A DNA stretch of 64,000 nucleotides, taken from the NCBI GenBank assembly GCA_950097015.1, contig CATNEN010000003.1, positions 14,074,001 to 14,138,000 on the forward strand, given 5' to 3'. A program made the position numbers and the translations under genes. The notes below the pieces were generated by a model. That model ran no database searches. It saw only the letters and a program-made list of their open reading frames with translations, and was not told the origin of the DNA. Shown in pieces: positions 24,065-36,742 of the stretch. Position 1 is the stretch's first letter; the number at the start of each line of letters is the position of its first letter. The stretch comes from Macrostomum hystrix (Eukaryota > Animalia > Platyhelminthes).

Positions 24065-24227
24065 CTTGTCTGAATCACTTCGATGTTGTTCTCGCTGGTC
24101 ATATAACCGAAATATTTCAAAGTGAACCACATCACGATATCGTTGTCTTTGACGTCGGATGTCGGCAGTTTGACGGTCTCGTCTTTGTGTACATAGTGCA
24201 CCGGATTGCCAAACTTCTTCGCAATGT
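24065..24227 (-). CDS. PTK7: PTK7 exon 5 (first half of Ig3)
   Basis: CCGCAG acceptor, AG|GTAT donor; IAKKFGNPVHYVHKDETVKLP...VMWFT; phases 1/2. Confidence 0.8.
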
Positions 24228-24259
24228 CTGCGGATCGCAAGGCGCTTCGATTTTGATCT

Positions 24260-24978
24260 GGGCTAGACTAGCAATCCATTCTATTCCTTTCATACACTGA
24301 GAGGCTAGACTAGCAATCCATTCTGCTCCTTCATCCACTTATGCTAGACTAGCAATCCATTCTATTCCCTTCATCAATTGAGAGGCTAGACTAGCAATCC
24401 ATTCTGCTCCTTCATCCACTGAGAGGCTAGACTAGCAATCCATTCTGCTCCTTTATCCACTGAGAGGCTAGACTAGCAATCCATTCTATTCCTTCATCCA
24501 CTGAGAGGCTAGACTAGCAATCCATTCTATTCCTTCATCCACTGAGAGGCTAGACTAGCAATCCATTCTGCTCCTTCATCCACTGAGAGGCTAGACTAGC
24601 AATCCATTCTGCTCCTTTATCCACTGAGAGGCTAGACTAGCAATCCATTCTATTCCTTCATCCACTGAGAGGCTAGACTAGCAATCCATTCTATTCCTTC
24701 ATCCACTGAGAGGCTAGACTAGCAATCCATTCTATTCCTTCATCCACTGAGAGGCTAGACTAGCAATCCATTCTGCTCCTTCATCCACTGAGAGGCTAGA
24801 CTAGCAATCCATTCTGCTCCTTTATCCACTGAGAGGCTAGACTAGCAATCCATTCTATTCCTTCATCCACTGAGAGGCTAGACTAGCAATCCATTCTATT
24901 CCTTCATCCACTGAGAGGCTAGACTAGCAATCCATTCTATTCCTTCATCCACTAAGAGGCTAGACTAGCAATCCATTC
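24260..24978. repeat. 41-bp minisatellite (CCACTGAGAGGCTAGACTAGCAATCCATTCTATTCCTTCAT) in PTK7 intron 4
   Basis: 41-bp period, ~17 copies, filling almost the whole intron. Confidence 0.95.
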
Positions 24979-25003
24979 AAAGCAATAAAAGTGCAACACT
25001 CAC

Positions 25004-25197
25004 CGTCTAAGAACACTGGCAGCGGGTTTCTTGTGAGCACTTTGCCTCCAGTGGTCTCCACATAGCAGTGATAGACTCCAGATAGATTGTGTGTGAGTCT
25101 TTTAATGACCAGTCGAGTCAGACTGGGCTGATTAAAATCGGCACCCATTGGTAAGCAGTCTGAGCTGGCGGTTCTATTCTCGGTTGGACGACAAAGA
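25004..25197 (-). CDS. PTK7: PTK7 exon 4 (second half of Ig2)
   Basis: TTCGTAG acceptor (an alternative in-frame AG lies 24 nt downstream), GTGAGT donor; RLVIKRLTHNLSGVYHCYV. Confidence 0.82.
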
Positions 25198-25284
25198 CTA
25201 CGAAGTGGCGTTAAAGGCGGGTTGGCTTGTGCTTAGTTGATTGCGTATCTCAATCGATTAGGATTGAATCAAAACTTTACTTAC

Positions 25285-25426
25285 ATTTTGCCGTTAATAA
25301 ACCACCGCACACTGGTGGGTGGTTCGGAAGCCTGAACCCGACACTCTAGTTCAACTCGATCATTGGGACTCAATTGTCTGCCTGGTGACGGTGAAACTCG
25401 AGCCACGGTCACGTTTGGATTTAGCC
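25285..25426 (-). CDS. PTK7: PTK7 exon 3 (first half of Ig2)
   Basis: ACCAG acceptor, GTAAGT donor; LNPNVTVARVSPSPGRQLSPNDRVELECRVQASEPPTSVRWFINGK. Confidence 0.85.
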
Positions 25427-25494
25427 CTGGTTTGGTTGAGCAACAATGGTCCATAGCTCGCTTTAGAACGCTTTGCTATACAAGCAATTATACA

Positions 25495-25940
25495 GGTCTA
25501 GATCCCAATTCTACCAGATCATAAATCTACTATATCCCAAATCTTCAAGATCCCAAATCTTCAAGATCCCAAATCTTCAAGGTCCCAAATCTTCAAGATC
25601 CCGAATCTACAAGATCATAAATCTACAAGATCCCAAACCTACAAGATCCCAAATCTACCAGATCCTAAATCTACAAGATCCCGAATCTACAAGATCCCAA
25701 ATCTTCCAGATCCTAAATCTACAAGATCCCAAATCTACAAGATCCCAAACCTACAAGATCCCAAATCTACAAGATCCCGAATCTACAAGATCCCAAATCT
25801 TCCAGATCCTAAATCTACAAGATCCCAAATCTACAAGATCCCAAACCTACAAGATCCCAAATCTACAAGATCTCAAATCTACAAGATCCAAAACCTGCAA
25901 GATCCCAAATCTACAAGATCCTAAATCTACAAGATCCCAA
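25495..25940. repeat. 16-bp minisatellite (AAGATCCCAAATCTAC) in PTK7 intron 2
   Basis: Imperfect 16-bp tandem units. Confidence 0.9.
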
Positions 25941-26344
25941 TTTTTTCTAGATATACTCGATATAGTAGACACCGAATGAACTAAATATTATTTCTATTTT
26001 TTTAAAAGCCAAAATCTTTCTTCAAAGCAACACAGCTTTGATTTTATGATACACTAGGAAATTTGTGCAGCAAAGAATGTTCATAAAAATTGGACGATGA
26101 AAGAATTTATATGGCCGAGAATGCATTAAAGAGACATAGAAAGAATACTAACAAAGACACGAGCCGGAACTACAAAAATATCTTAACAGTTGCTGTCTTT
26201 GTCAGTCAATTTTTGTTTTTAATCGATCTAGCAATCTTCTATCTAGCCAAGAATTGAGAAATATAACAACTAGGACTAAGAATTTTCTGACATACGACTC
26301 AATAAAATAGCTCCACACAATAGGAATTTTAGCTAATAAAGGTA

Positions 26345-26895
26345 TCCACTGAGAGGCTAGACTAGCAATCCATTTTATTCCTTCATCCACTGAGAGGCTA
26401 GACTAGCAATCCATTCTATTCCTTCATCCACTGAGAGGCTAGACTAGCAATCCATTCTGCTCCTTCATCCACTGAGAGGCTAGACTAGCAATCCATTCTG
26501 CTCCTTCATCCACTGAGAGGCTAGACTATCAATCCATTCTGCTCCTTTATCCACTGAGAGGATAGACTAGCAATCCATTCTTTTCCTTCATCCACTGAGA
26601 GGCTAGACTAGCAATCCATTCTGCTCCTTCATCCACTGAGAGGCTAGACTGGCAATCCATTCTATTCCTTCATCCACTGAGAGGCTAGACTAGCAATCCA
26701 TTCTATTCCTTCATCCACTGAGAGGCTAGACTAGCAATCCATTCTATTCCTTCATCCACTGAGAGGCTAGACTAGCAATCCATTCTATTCCTTCATCCAC
26801 TGAGAGGATAGACTAGCAATCCATTCTATTCCTTCATCCACTGAGAGGATAGACTAGCAATCCATTTTATTCCTTCATCCACTGAGAGGCTAGAG
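26345..26895. repeat. Second array of the 41-bp minisatellite, in PTK7 intron 2
   Basis: Same unit, same orientation and shared variants with 24260-24978. Confidence 0.95.
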
Positions 26896-27424
26896 GCATT
26901 GTAACGCACACAGAACCGCAATCTAGGTTTGAAGCAGAGAAAGAGAGGAAACAAAAGCTAGCAGCAGATGCAAGCGTCTGCACTGCACAAGTGGCATTAT
27001 ACTAGGAAGCGCCAACTAAGCAATGCAAGCTTAAAGGCGGCAACTTCAAAAGAAGTTTTATTTTGCCCCTTGCTTTTTTTCGGGAGGGGTAGGTGGGAGG
27101 GAGGGTGGGTGGAAGGTGGTTGTCGGGCGGTGGCACGGCTTGAAAAACTCAAACACGCGCGCAGCCTAGAGAGAGACAGGCGGGCACACTCACTCATAGT
27201 TCTCAAAATGCTCAGCCTCGCTGAGAGGGAGAGAGAGAGAGGGGGGAATGACTTTGCGCGAGGCACTCAGTCTGGCATATAGAGAGTAAACAGACACACA
27301 GGAATTAGAACATAGTGCTGTTATGAGTATAACGGGTAAAGCTGCAAACTTTGTAAGGCTTGCTTGGAGATAAAAATGTATGAGTGCAAGCAATGTGAGT
27401 TGCATTCAAGAATTACTGATGCAT

Positions 27425-27750
27425 GAAGGGGATCGCAGGATTTGGGATTCGAGAAATTGATATTTTATCGAATGTTTGGGAATTGTGGAAATGGGATTTT
27501 ATTCACTTAAGGGGATTTAAGGATTTGGGATTATGGAAATGGGATTTTATTCAAACAAGGGTATTTAAGGATTTGGGATTATGGAAACGGGATTTTATTC
27601 AATGAAGGGGATTTAAGGATTTGGGATTATGGAAATGGGATTTTATTCAATGAAGGGGAATCAAGGATTTGGGATTATGGAAATGGGATTTTATTCAATG
27701 AAGGGGAATCAAGGATTTGGGATTATGGAAATGGGATTTTATTCACTGAA
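27425..27750. repeat. 48-bp minisatellite (GGATTTGGGATTATGGAAATGGGATTTTATTCAATGAAGGGGAATCAA)
   Basis: About 6 imperfect tandem units. Confidence 0.85.
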
Positions 27751-28417
27751 AGCGAATACGGGAATGCGGCAGGCGAGGGGAGATAATGAAGGAGAGGAAG
27801 TTAAAGATGGGAAAAATGGTGCGAATGAAGCACACACACACACAGATATATTATTTCGGCGAAGCAGAATTACAGTCTGTTAGTAGGCTGTATTTCTGTC
27901 AGCCAATTATGCGTCACACAGGTAAATCAGTACCAGCAGTGACTATCGCGGTCCAGGCTAGAGTGAGGGGAATATATTTTGGAATACGAAAAGCTTGGAT
28001 TGGATAGCTAGTTTCTGAAGTTGGCGGGAGAGGGACTTGATGATTTATTGTGGTAAAAAATAATACCGAAGGAGAAAGTTAGAAAAAGAAGGACTGGAGT
28101 TTAGCCAGAAAAAATTCTTATCGTGCGAATGAATAATTAATATTTCCCATTTTTTTCATTCGCATTAGACGGAAGAAAATTCTTGGCAGAAAGATTTGGG
28201 AAAATTTTCTAAAGACTATTTCTTTTCCTCTAGATAAAAATTGGATGGGGATTGTAAATTATTATTGGTTATCTATTTAAGTTCGGCCAAATGAATTATG
28301 AAGCGGAAAAGTGAAGAAAAATATATTGGCCACTCTAGAAAATTGATGCCGCTTGCAGGGGCACAAATGCTGGAGAATATTATTATTCCACCATATTTTT
28401 TCCAGCCTATTTATTAG

Positions 28418-28860
28418 AAGAGAGGAGAGGACAGGAGAGGAGAGGAGAGGAGAGGACAGGAGAAGACAGAAGGGGGAGGAGAGGAGAGGACAGGATAGGA
28501 GAGGAGAGGACAGGATAGGAGAGGAGAGGACAGGAGAGGAGAGGAGAGGACAGGAGAGGACAGGAGAGGACAGGAGAGGACAGGAGAGGACAGGAGAGGA
28601 CAGGAAAGGATAGGAGAGGAGAGGAGAGGAGAGGACAGGAGAGGAGAGGAGAGGACAGGAGAGGACAGGAGAGGACAGGAGAGGACAGAAGGGGGAGGAG
28701 AGGAGAGGAGAGGAGAGGAGAGGAGAGGAGAGGAGAGGAGAGGAGAGGACAGGAGAGGACATGAGAGGACAGGAAAGGATAGGAGAGGACAGGAGAGGAC
28801 AGGAGAGGACAGGAGAGGACAGGAGAGGACAGGAGAGGAGAGGAGAGGAGAGGACAGGAT
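28418..28860. repeat. Purine-rich pentamer repeat (GAGAG/GACAG)n
   Basis: Low-complexity tract. Confidence 0.9.
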
Positions 28861-28939
28861 CAGAGGTTATGAGTACATAAATAAAATCTCTCATATTAAT
28901 AAGCGATATTGATCCCGAAAAGGTCAGGAAACTGCTCAC

Positions 28940-29293
28940 AGAATACTCTCAGTGTGGTCTCCCTTGGGCACCTGGTGAGTTTGTTGGCCTCCTTGGGGCC
29001 CCGCAGGCACAGAAACTGTTTGCCATCGTCGTCCCTATCCACGGAGCGGATATGCAAGTCGCCTTTAACTCCGGAGGCATTAAAGTGCAGCTTGGGATTA
29101 GGGTTAAACCGGCGGAAGCTGTACTGCCCCGCATGTGCTCTGTACTCCCATCTGTACAGGTTGTTGGCGCCTTTGGCTTCGGATTCCAATTTCGCTTCGC
29201 ATCGAATTGTAGCAAGCGCGCCTTCGCGGATGTCTGTGCGAGCAGGCGGACAGACTTGCCAAGTGATGGGATCCGCGTTGGCGCTGCGATCCA
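28940..29293 (-). CDS. PTK7: PTK7 exon 2: Ig1
   Basis: CTCTCCGCAG acceptor, T|GTGAGC donor, phases 1/1; EGALATIRCEA...YRWEY...GDLHIRSVDRDDDGKQFLC. Confidence 0.88.
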
Positions 29294-29389
29294 CTGCGGA
29301 GAGGATGGAAGGAAGGGATTAATGTCAGCTTTCTAACGGTTAATCGGCGCTTAAATCTAATGTGTCTTGAAAAAGCTTGCTCGATGAGG

Positions 29390-29660
29390 AAGAGGGTGAG
29401 AGGTAGATATTAGATAGTGAGAAGTAGATAGTAGAGGTGAGAGGTAGATAGTAGATAGTGAGAGGTAGTTAGTAGAGGTGAGAGGTAGTTAGTAGAGGTA
29501 AGAGGTAGATAGTAGAGAGTGACAGGTAGATAGTAGAGGTGAGAGGTAGTTAGTAGATAGTGAGAGGTAAATTGAAGAGGGTGAGAGGTAGATAGTACAG
29601 TACAGTACATTACAGTACAGAGGCGAGAGGTAGATAGTAGATGGGGAGATGTAGATATAT
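29390..29660. repeat. Degenerate AG/TAG-rich minisatellite (GAGGTGAGAGGTAGATAGTA)
   Basis: Imperfect ~20-bp units. Confidence 0.75.
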
Positions 29661-30663
29661 AGAGTTCCAACAGTTGTTTTATTGTTAAACAGAAGCAACT
29701 AGTAGATCATAAGGTTCGGTTTGGCATGAGATGGGCTTGTTGACAATAAAAGTTTCGGGTGATGACTGATCGACCTTAAAACAACGAATCTGACAATAAA
29801 AAATAGGTTTTTCATCCAACCAGATAATACTGATTTAATGCAAGCAGTGGATCGAGGTAAGATAGTGGCCAGGATGACATTTTTAGACGGGGAAATCTGT
29901 TATTAGACATGACTGCCTGAGATTTAGGACTTAGATCACTGTTTTGGGATTAGGGATTACCGCTTGGGATTACTTATCACTGTTTAAGATTAGCGATCAC
30001 TTTTTAGTATTAGTGATTGATAATTAATAATTTCTTAGTTCAGTTTTTTCCAACCAACATCGCAGATTGCAGTTAAAAATGGATGTTAGGCAGAACCGCA
30101 GACTGCGAAAGTTTAAATTCGCAAAACTAGGAGCGTAAAAGAAATATATTGGACTACATGAAGGCAAAAGCTGTAAAATGGTATAGTTTAGCATTTTGGT
30201 TGCAAGTTCTGTTAGCTGTGGGGTCGCAGTTTTTTTTACAGTTCAGCAGTTGCAGTAAGGAGTGCAATGGAACATGAAGATTGCATACAACTGCTAGCTG
30301 AGTGTCAAGTTAGAAAAAAATCTGTTCTTAGATACAAAGCGCCATTGATACAATCGGGTATTTTTAGTACATTGGCACCCTGTAGAGTGTAAAGCAAAGC
30401 AAGTCTTAATGGATTCTGACAAACCGATTGATGACTCAACTCGATCAACACTGTATAGTTAAATAAGTGGCCTTTTTAATGGTAGCTTTGTAGCATATAA
30501 TTCTAGATATCTAAGTGAAGGCTATTGTGAGTGGGGTCTAGTGTATCGAGCATCAGATTTTCATAATGTTCTTTCATTAGAAAGCAGAATAAATTATCTA
30601 TGTTATAGTTCATGCTTGCGTGTCTACCTGGTTACAAGTGTTCTGCATTCAACTGCCATTCAG

Positions 30664-31437
30664 GGGGGTGGTTTCTCGAAAGTGTCATAAGATCTATGGT
30701 AAGATCCCCCCGTAAGTCCGGAATTTGCGCAGACCCTAAGTGTGTTCGTAAGAACATTTCCCAAAGCCATCTTTTCTTTTGCGCAACTTAGGCTGTGCGT
30801 AAGTTGAGCAGAAGCGAAAAGAACTGTCTATGGCTGAAATCGTGGTTTGGCTTCCATGTCAAAGATACCCTGATAGATTTCGTCTTGACATCAGACTTAA
30901 GGTCGCACCATTTCTTTCTACATTCGTCCCCGGTCCGCCTGTTCCCTCCGATGGCATTCACGCGCTCCGCAATGGCGTCCCAGCATGATTTTTTTGTTTC
31001 TGTATTTCGGCTTTTTGATCTTTCGAATTGATGACGCTCAAATACTTGTTGACGCCATCTAACAGTTCCTCCTTTTCAGCAGTTGAGAAATTTGGAGCTC
31101 GTTAACGGAAGCAGACGCCATTTGGCTAAACTTTGAAAACAGAAAGCAGAAAGCGCATGCAAACAAATCAGAAGAAAATAACAATATCAAGCCTTGCTTG
31201 CAAAGAAAAGACAGCTTACGAGCGGTACCGACCACTCTTAGACTTAGGATCAACGGTAGGATGGGCCATAGACTTAAGAAGCGATCGAGAAACGACTTTC
31301 TTCGCAAACATACGACCTAGTAAATATAAGATGGATCCTAAGAGACGGGATTTTGCGCTCGTTTCCAGAAAACCTTAAGTCTGGTTTAGGCAACTTACGT
31401 CTATGGTCTTTCCTAAGTTGGTTTCGAGAAACCTCCC
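30664..31437. mobile_element. Non-autonomous PIF/Harbinger-like DNA transposon (~770 bp)
   Basis: Terminal inverted repeats GGG[T/A]GGTTTCTCGAAA; 3-bp flanks CAG (30661-63) and CTG (31438-40); internal Myb/SANT remnant. Confidence 0.8.
30860..31121 (-). pseudogene. Frameshifted Myb/SANT-like DNA-binding ORF of the Harbinger element
   Basis: Across two frameshifts: RAPNFSTAEKEELLDGVNKY...SCWDAIAERVNAIGGNRRTGDECRKKWCDLKSDVK. Confidence 0.8.
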
Positions 31438-32050
31438 CTGGATACCTGAGGAAAAGCTCCACCGTGACTTCAGAAGCTGCCATCGGGATCTCGTTTCGCC
31501 TCTAAACTATTAAATACTTCTCCGAGAATGGTTGTGGCGAATTCGGAGAGAAAATTATTTTCCCAACAACGCAATCAAGACCTCCTTGCACTTCGCGGAC
31601 CATGACTTCGTTGCCACATCCCAAGACATAAATCTTTATCGAAACCGCACGAGTGATGGCGAAGCGCCGACTAAAAAGGATGCCATTCCTACAACATTCA
31701 CGCAGCTTCCTGAGCGACTGCAGCCAATAGCTTTGCCAGCTCGAGCAAGAGAGCGCTACAGCAGAGCAGAGGCATCAATTTGAGCAAGACCGGATGAAAA
31801 ACGCGGCTGCTAAGCTTCTTACTCAAGTTGAGCCTCATTTGTCGACGTTTTTACGCCAGCTTGAGTGCAACATGATTCCAACCCACTTGCTAGTGTTGCC
31901 TTAGACAATCAGCATTACATTTTCTCTCTTGTTAGTGTAGGCAATAGATCGACGCCTCTGAGATCCTCTGCTACCTGCAAATTCACACAGCAATGACTCT
32001 TGCTGCAACTGTCAATGGACTTCCGGTAGAGCAGAAGATATTGATACGAA

Positions 32051-32401
32051 TGGAGAGATGAGACACAGGAGAGAAGAGACACGGGAGAGATGAGACACAG
32101 GAGAGATGAGACACGGGAGAGATGAGACACAGGAGAGATGAGACACGGGAGAGATGAGACACAGGAGAGATGAGACACAGGAGAGAAGAGACACGGGAGA
32201 GAAGAGACACGGGAGAGATGAGACACAGGAGAGATGAGACACACGAGAGATGAGAAACAGGAGAGAAGAGACACGGGAGAGAAGAGACACGGGAGAGATG
32301 AGACACAGGAGAGATGAGACACAGGAGAGATGAGACACAGGAGAGAAGAGACACAGGAGAGATGAGACACGGGAGAGATGAGACACAGGAGAGATGAGAC
32401 A
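32051..32401. repeat. 16-bp minisatellite (GAGAGATGAGACAC[A/G]G), reverse complement of the 60-64 kb family
   Basis: 16-bp period. Confidence 0.92.
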
Positions 32402-33244
32402 AGATACTATAAGTGTCGGAAGCGGATTTAGGAGCTTCGAGGGCCGGATCTGGCCCGTGGGCCGGAGTCTGCCGACCCCTGCCTTACAAGATGGACTGCA
32501 GTGTCAGGTCTCCACCGAACCGCTTCACCAACGAATTCTATTATATTTATTGTGCAGCAATTGAAACTGATTTAATGGTGTTGGCGATGGCTCTGAAGTG
32601 TTTGCTGGACCAAAGTGCTTATCCTGCCATCTGTTCTGTCTGCCGCGTTTCAGCGGTTTCTCAACTTGAAACTTAGGAAATCCGAAAAATGTAATTAATA
32701 ACTGCAGGCAACTGAACATTTTTCCAATTAGGATAACATTTTGGGTAACGCGAATTGTAAATTTTCCTGTGCATTCCTACTCCATCCTTGGGACAAGGAT
32801 CTTTCACTCGGCTTTCAACAGACGATAGATTATTGTTCCGTTATCAATTATACGCTTTATAGTAGGAAATCTAGCTAGCAAGCTAGTATATGTTGGCCTG
32901 TTCTTTGCGTGCCGCTGTTGTCCTAGAAGTAGATCATTATACAATTTCCATTATAAACAGACCATACGCATACCTGAATTAGGACGCTCGGTCCCTTTTT
33001 AGTCCTAAAACTAAGCCTATAGCTATTCATGCTAACCCAGTGCTGACTGTAATAATTGAAGACACCGTGTATGCCGAAAATGCAAAAAAGATTCATTCTA
33101 GCTACTCCTCGAGGCAGAATTCAGAATTAGGCTAGATGGTTCAGTCTCTAGACCATTGCATCTGGTTCCTGCCTAATGAGTGTTTCTATAAGAGTAACAG
33201 TTTTGCTAAGATTCTAACATCTGTCTTGAGTCTATCAGCCTTAG

Positions 33245-34170
33245 CGAGTAGCCTAACAGCTTTCATTAGCCTAACAGCTTTCATTAGCCTAACAGCTTTC
33301 ATTAGCCTAACAGCTTTCATTAGCCTAACGGATTTCATTAGTCTAACACCCTTTCTGAATCAAACACCCTTCATTAGTCTAACACCCTTCATTAGTCTAA
33401 CACCCTTCATTAGTCTAACACCCGTCATTAGTCTAACATCCAACATGAGTCTAACACCCTAAATTAGTCTAACACCCTTCATGAGTCTAACACCCTACAT
33501 TAGTCTAACACCCTTCATGAGTCTAACATCCTACATTAGTTCAACACCCTTCATTAGTCTAACATCCTACATTAGTCTAACACCCAACATGAGTCTAACA
33601 TCCTACATTAGTCTAACACCCTTCATTAGTCTAACATCCTACATTAGTCTAACACCCTTCATTAGTCTAACATCCTACATTAGTCTAACACCCTACATTA
33701 GTCTAACACCCATCATTAGTCTAACATCCAACATGAGTCTAACACCCTAAATTAGTCTAACACCCTTCATGAGTCTAACACCCTACATTAGTCTAACACT
33801 CTACATTAGTCTAACACCCATCATTAGTCTAACACCCTACATTAGTCTAACACCCTTCATGAGTCTAACACCCTACATGAGTCTAACACCCTACATTAGT
33901 CTAACACCCTACATTAGTCTAACACCCTTCATTAGTCTAACACCCATCATTAGTCTAACACCCATCATTAGTCTAACACCCTACATTAGTCTAACACCCT
34001 TCATGAGTCTAACATCCTACATTAGTCTAACACTCTACATTAGTCTAACACCTTCATTAGTCTAACACCTTCATTAGTCTAACACTCTACATTAGTCTAA
34101 CACCTTCATTAGTCTAACACCTTCATTAGTCTAACACCCTTCATTAGTCTAACACCTTCAATAGTCTAAC
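33245..34170. repeat. 18-bp minisatellite (ATTAGTCTAACACCCT[A/T]C)
   Basis: 18-bp period, ~50 copies. Confidence 0.93.
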
Positions 34171-34929
34171 AGATCCGAAACTATAAAAACCGGTCTTGAA
34201 TGCATGTGCAGTCCTACTTCCTTAAACTGAAGAACTCGGTGCTTTTCTAAATTCTATTTTTATTTGCTCTTCCCTGCTACAAATGATCTGGATTAGCATT
34301 AAATTTATTGCATAATCTGGCTTGCACTAACCGCAAGTCTACGAACTGAAAAATCAATAATATCATAAAACCAAATTTTCGAATATTATGCTCTGATTTT
34401 TATGCTCCAATTTGTAGACTATTTTGTTTAAAACGGAGAAAGAAAGAAAGAGGGGAGAGGAGGCATAAATGCAGCTCAAAACTTTGGCAGCTAGCTAAAT
34501 ACAAAAGTGGTTTCTCTTAGAAGATGCCAGTTTTTTAAGGGGAAAGTTAGAGAAATAGTTCGGTAGGAAGAGGGTTAGAAGATGTGTGGGAGAGGAAGTG
34601 AAAATGACTGAAAATGAAAAGCTTCGCAGGCAAATTCGTGCCAAAGGAAAAATATCTGCCTGAATATCTAGCAGAAGAGCTCAAAATCCCTAGTGAAATT
34701 CATTCAACAGCATTCGAAATAGAGAATATAGATATAGATATTGCAGTGACAGAAGACAAGACACATGGGAGAAAAAGTTTGCGAAATAATCCCAGGGGAA
34801 TTCAGAAAAAGCGGGACTCGGTGGGTCACACTTCACTAAGTTCATTTGACCCAACTGTAACAAGAAATCCTCCTGTACGCTGCTACTCATTTAAGTACAT
34901 CGAATTCTGAGTGGGATATTCTGAATCTG

Positions 34930-35390
34930 AAAAAATGATTCCGAATTTAAGAACAGAGAAATCCGAATTTTAGAATAGAGATTCCGAATTAAAGAAAAGA
35001 GATTCCGAGTTATAAAACTACGATTCCAAATTAAAGAAAAGAGATTCCGAAAATTTAGAATAGAGATTCCGAATTATAAAACTAAGATTCCGAATTCTAG
35101 AACAAAGATTCCGAATTTTAGAAAAGAGATTCCGGTATTTAGAGCAGAGATTCCGAATTTTAGAACTAAGATTCCGAATTCTAGAACTAAGATTCCGAAT
35201 TCTAAAACAAAGATTCCGAATTCTAAAACTAAGATTCCGAATTTTAGAGCAGAGATTCCGAATTTTAGAGCAGAGATTCCGAATTGTAGAGCAGAGATTC
35301 CGAATTTTAGAGCAGAGATTCCGAATTTTAGAGCAGAGATTCCGAATTTTAGAACAGAGATTCCGAATTATAGAATAGAGAATAGACAGA
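34930..35390. repeat. 20-bp minisatellite (AGATTCCGAATTTTAGAGCAG-like)
   Basis: Imperfect 20-bp units with a GAGATTCCGAATT core. Confidence 0.88.
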
Positions 35391-36107
35391 ATAGAGATAA
35401 AATCTAGACATTCATAAAAGCTAGAAGATTTGGCCCACCTAAGTGGAACAATGGGAAAGTCAAGAGCATAAGTATCTTTTTTCTCTATTTAATAATAAGT
35501 CAAGGGTTTTTATGCAAGTGCAGACCTGACAAAATAAATTGAAATCGACACTTTTCTACCTTTCTATCTCAGTCTGGTTTTCCATAGTTCAATGAATATT
35601 AATAGCAAAAGCTCCAGATTTGTAATTAGTTTTATATTTTCTCTCCGCAAAGCTAACTAGAAGAGAAAACTATGTAGGTACCTATGTATTATAGGTAGGT
35701 TGTAACAGTTGAGTTGAGTTTGACTCAGGAATAGTTAGTATAAACTATAAGGGGTGATTGTGAGAAGATTTACAACGCCGGTTTAAAAAACAGACAAAAT
35801 ATGTCTTTGGCTGACTGACTCAAGCCTGTCTTATTAACTTTAAGTCCCTTTGGCGGCGTCTTTTGGCGGCGCGGCGTGTCTCTATCTAGACGGCAACTAT
35901 TGTCCTATTTTAACTATATTTATGACTCTGCATGCTAGCGTGTCCAGTTAGTCTGTAGAGGTATTAGAAGTCGGCAAAAACGGCTTTAGTTAAAAAGCGC
36001 ATTCTAATTTAATAGGATTCTAGAAGTTGACTGCCATAGGGTCTATAATTATTATTCAGCTTAGAAGTATAACTATACTTGAATAAATTCTTAGATTAAA
36101 TCTAACT

Positions 36108-36742
36108 CAGGAGAGAAGAAGAGTTGGGAAGAGAGAGAAGGGTAGATTGGAGGAGAGAGAATGTGAGATTAGAGGATAGAGAAGGAGAGACTGGAGGAGA
36201 GAGAATATGAGATTGGAGGACAGAGAATGGGAGATGAGAAGAGAGAGAAGGGTAGATTAGAGGATAGAGAAGGAGAGACTGGAGGAGAGAGAATATGAGA
36301 TTGGAGGACAGAGAATGGGAGATGAGAAGAGAGAGAAGGGTAGATTGGAGGATAGAGAATGGAGATAGGAAGAGAGAGAAGGGTAGATTGGAGGATAGAG
36401 AATGGAGATAGGAAGAGAGAGAAGGGTAGATTGGAGGATAGAGAATGGAGATAGGAAGAGAGAGAAGGGTAGATTGGAGGATAGAGAATGGAGATAGGAA
36501 GAGAGAGAAGGGTAGATTGGAGGATAGAGAATGGAGATAGGAAGAGAGAGAAGGGTAGATTGGAGGATAGAGAATGGAGATAGGAAGAGAGAGAAGGGTA
36601 GATTGGAGGATAGAGAATGGAGATAGGAAGAGAGAGAAGGGTAGATTGGAGGATAGAGAATGGAGATAGGAAGAGAGAGAAGGGTAGATTGGAGGATAGA
36701 GAATGGAGATAGGAAGAGAGAGAAGGGAGATTAGAGGAGAGA
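36108..36742. repeat. 43-bp purine-rich minisatellite (GAAGAGAGAGAAGGGTAGATTGGAGGATAGAGAATGGAGATAG)
   Basis: Perfect 43-bp units at ~36330-36720, degenerate 5' part. Confidence 0.92.

Larger units (their letters stand above)
30612..31783 (+). pseudogene. Decayed THAP zinc-finger gene (probably the 5' end of a P-element-type transposase), split by a Harbinger insertion
   Basis: Removing 30664-31440 rejoins PGYKCSAFNCHS|GYLRK...GISF; then, past a stop and frameshift, LLREWLWRIRRENYFP...SLHFADHDF...KKDAIPTTF (THAP W, HF and AVPTIF-box features). Confidence 0.75.

Noticed and set aside
34614-34910. 98-aa non-repetitive ORF in PTK7 intron 1
   Set aside because: No recognisable domain and no splice context that I can support
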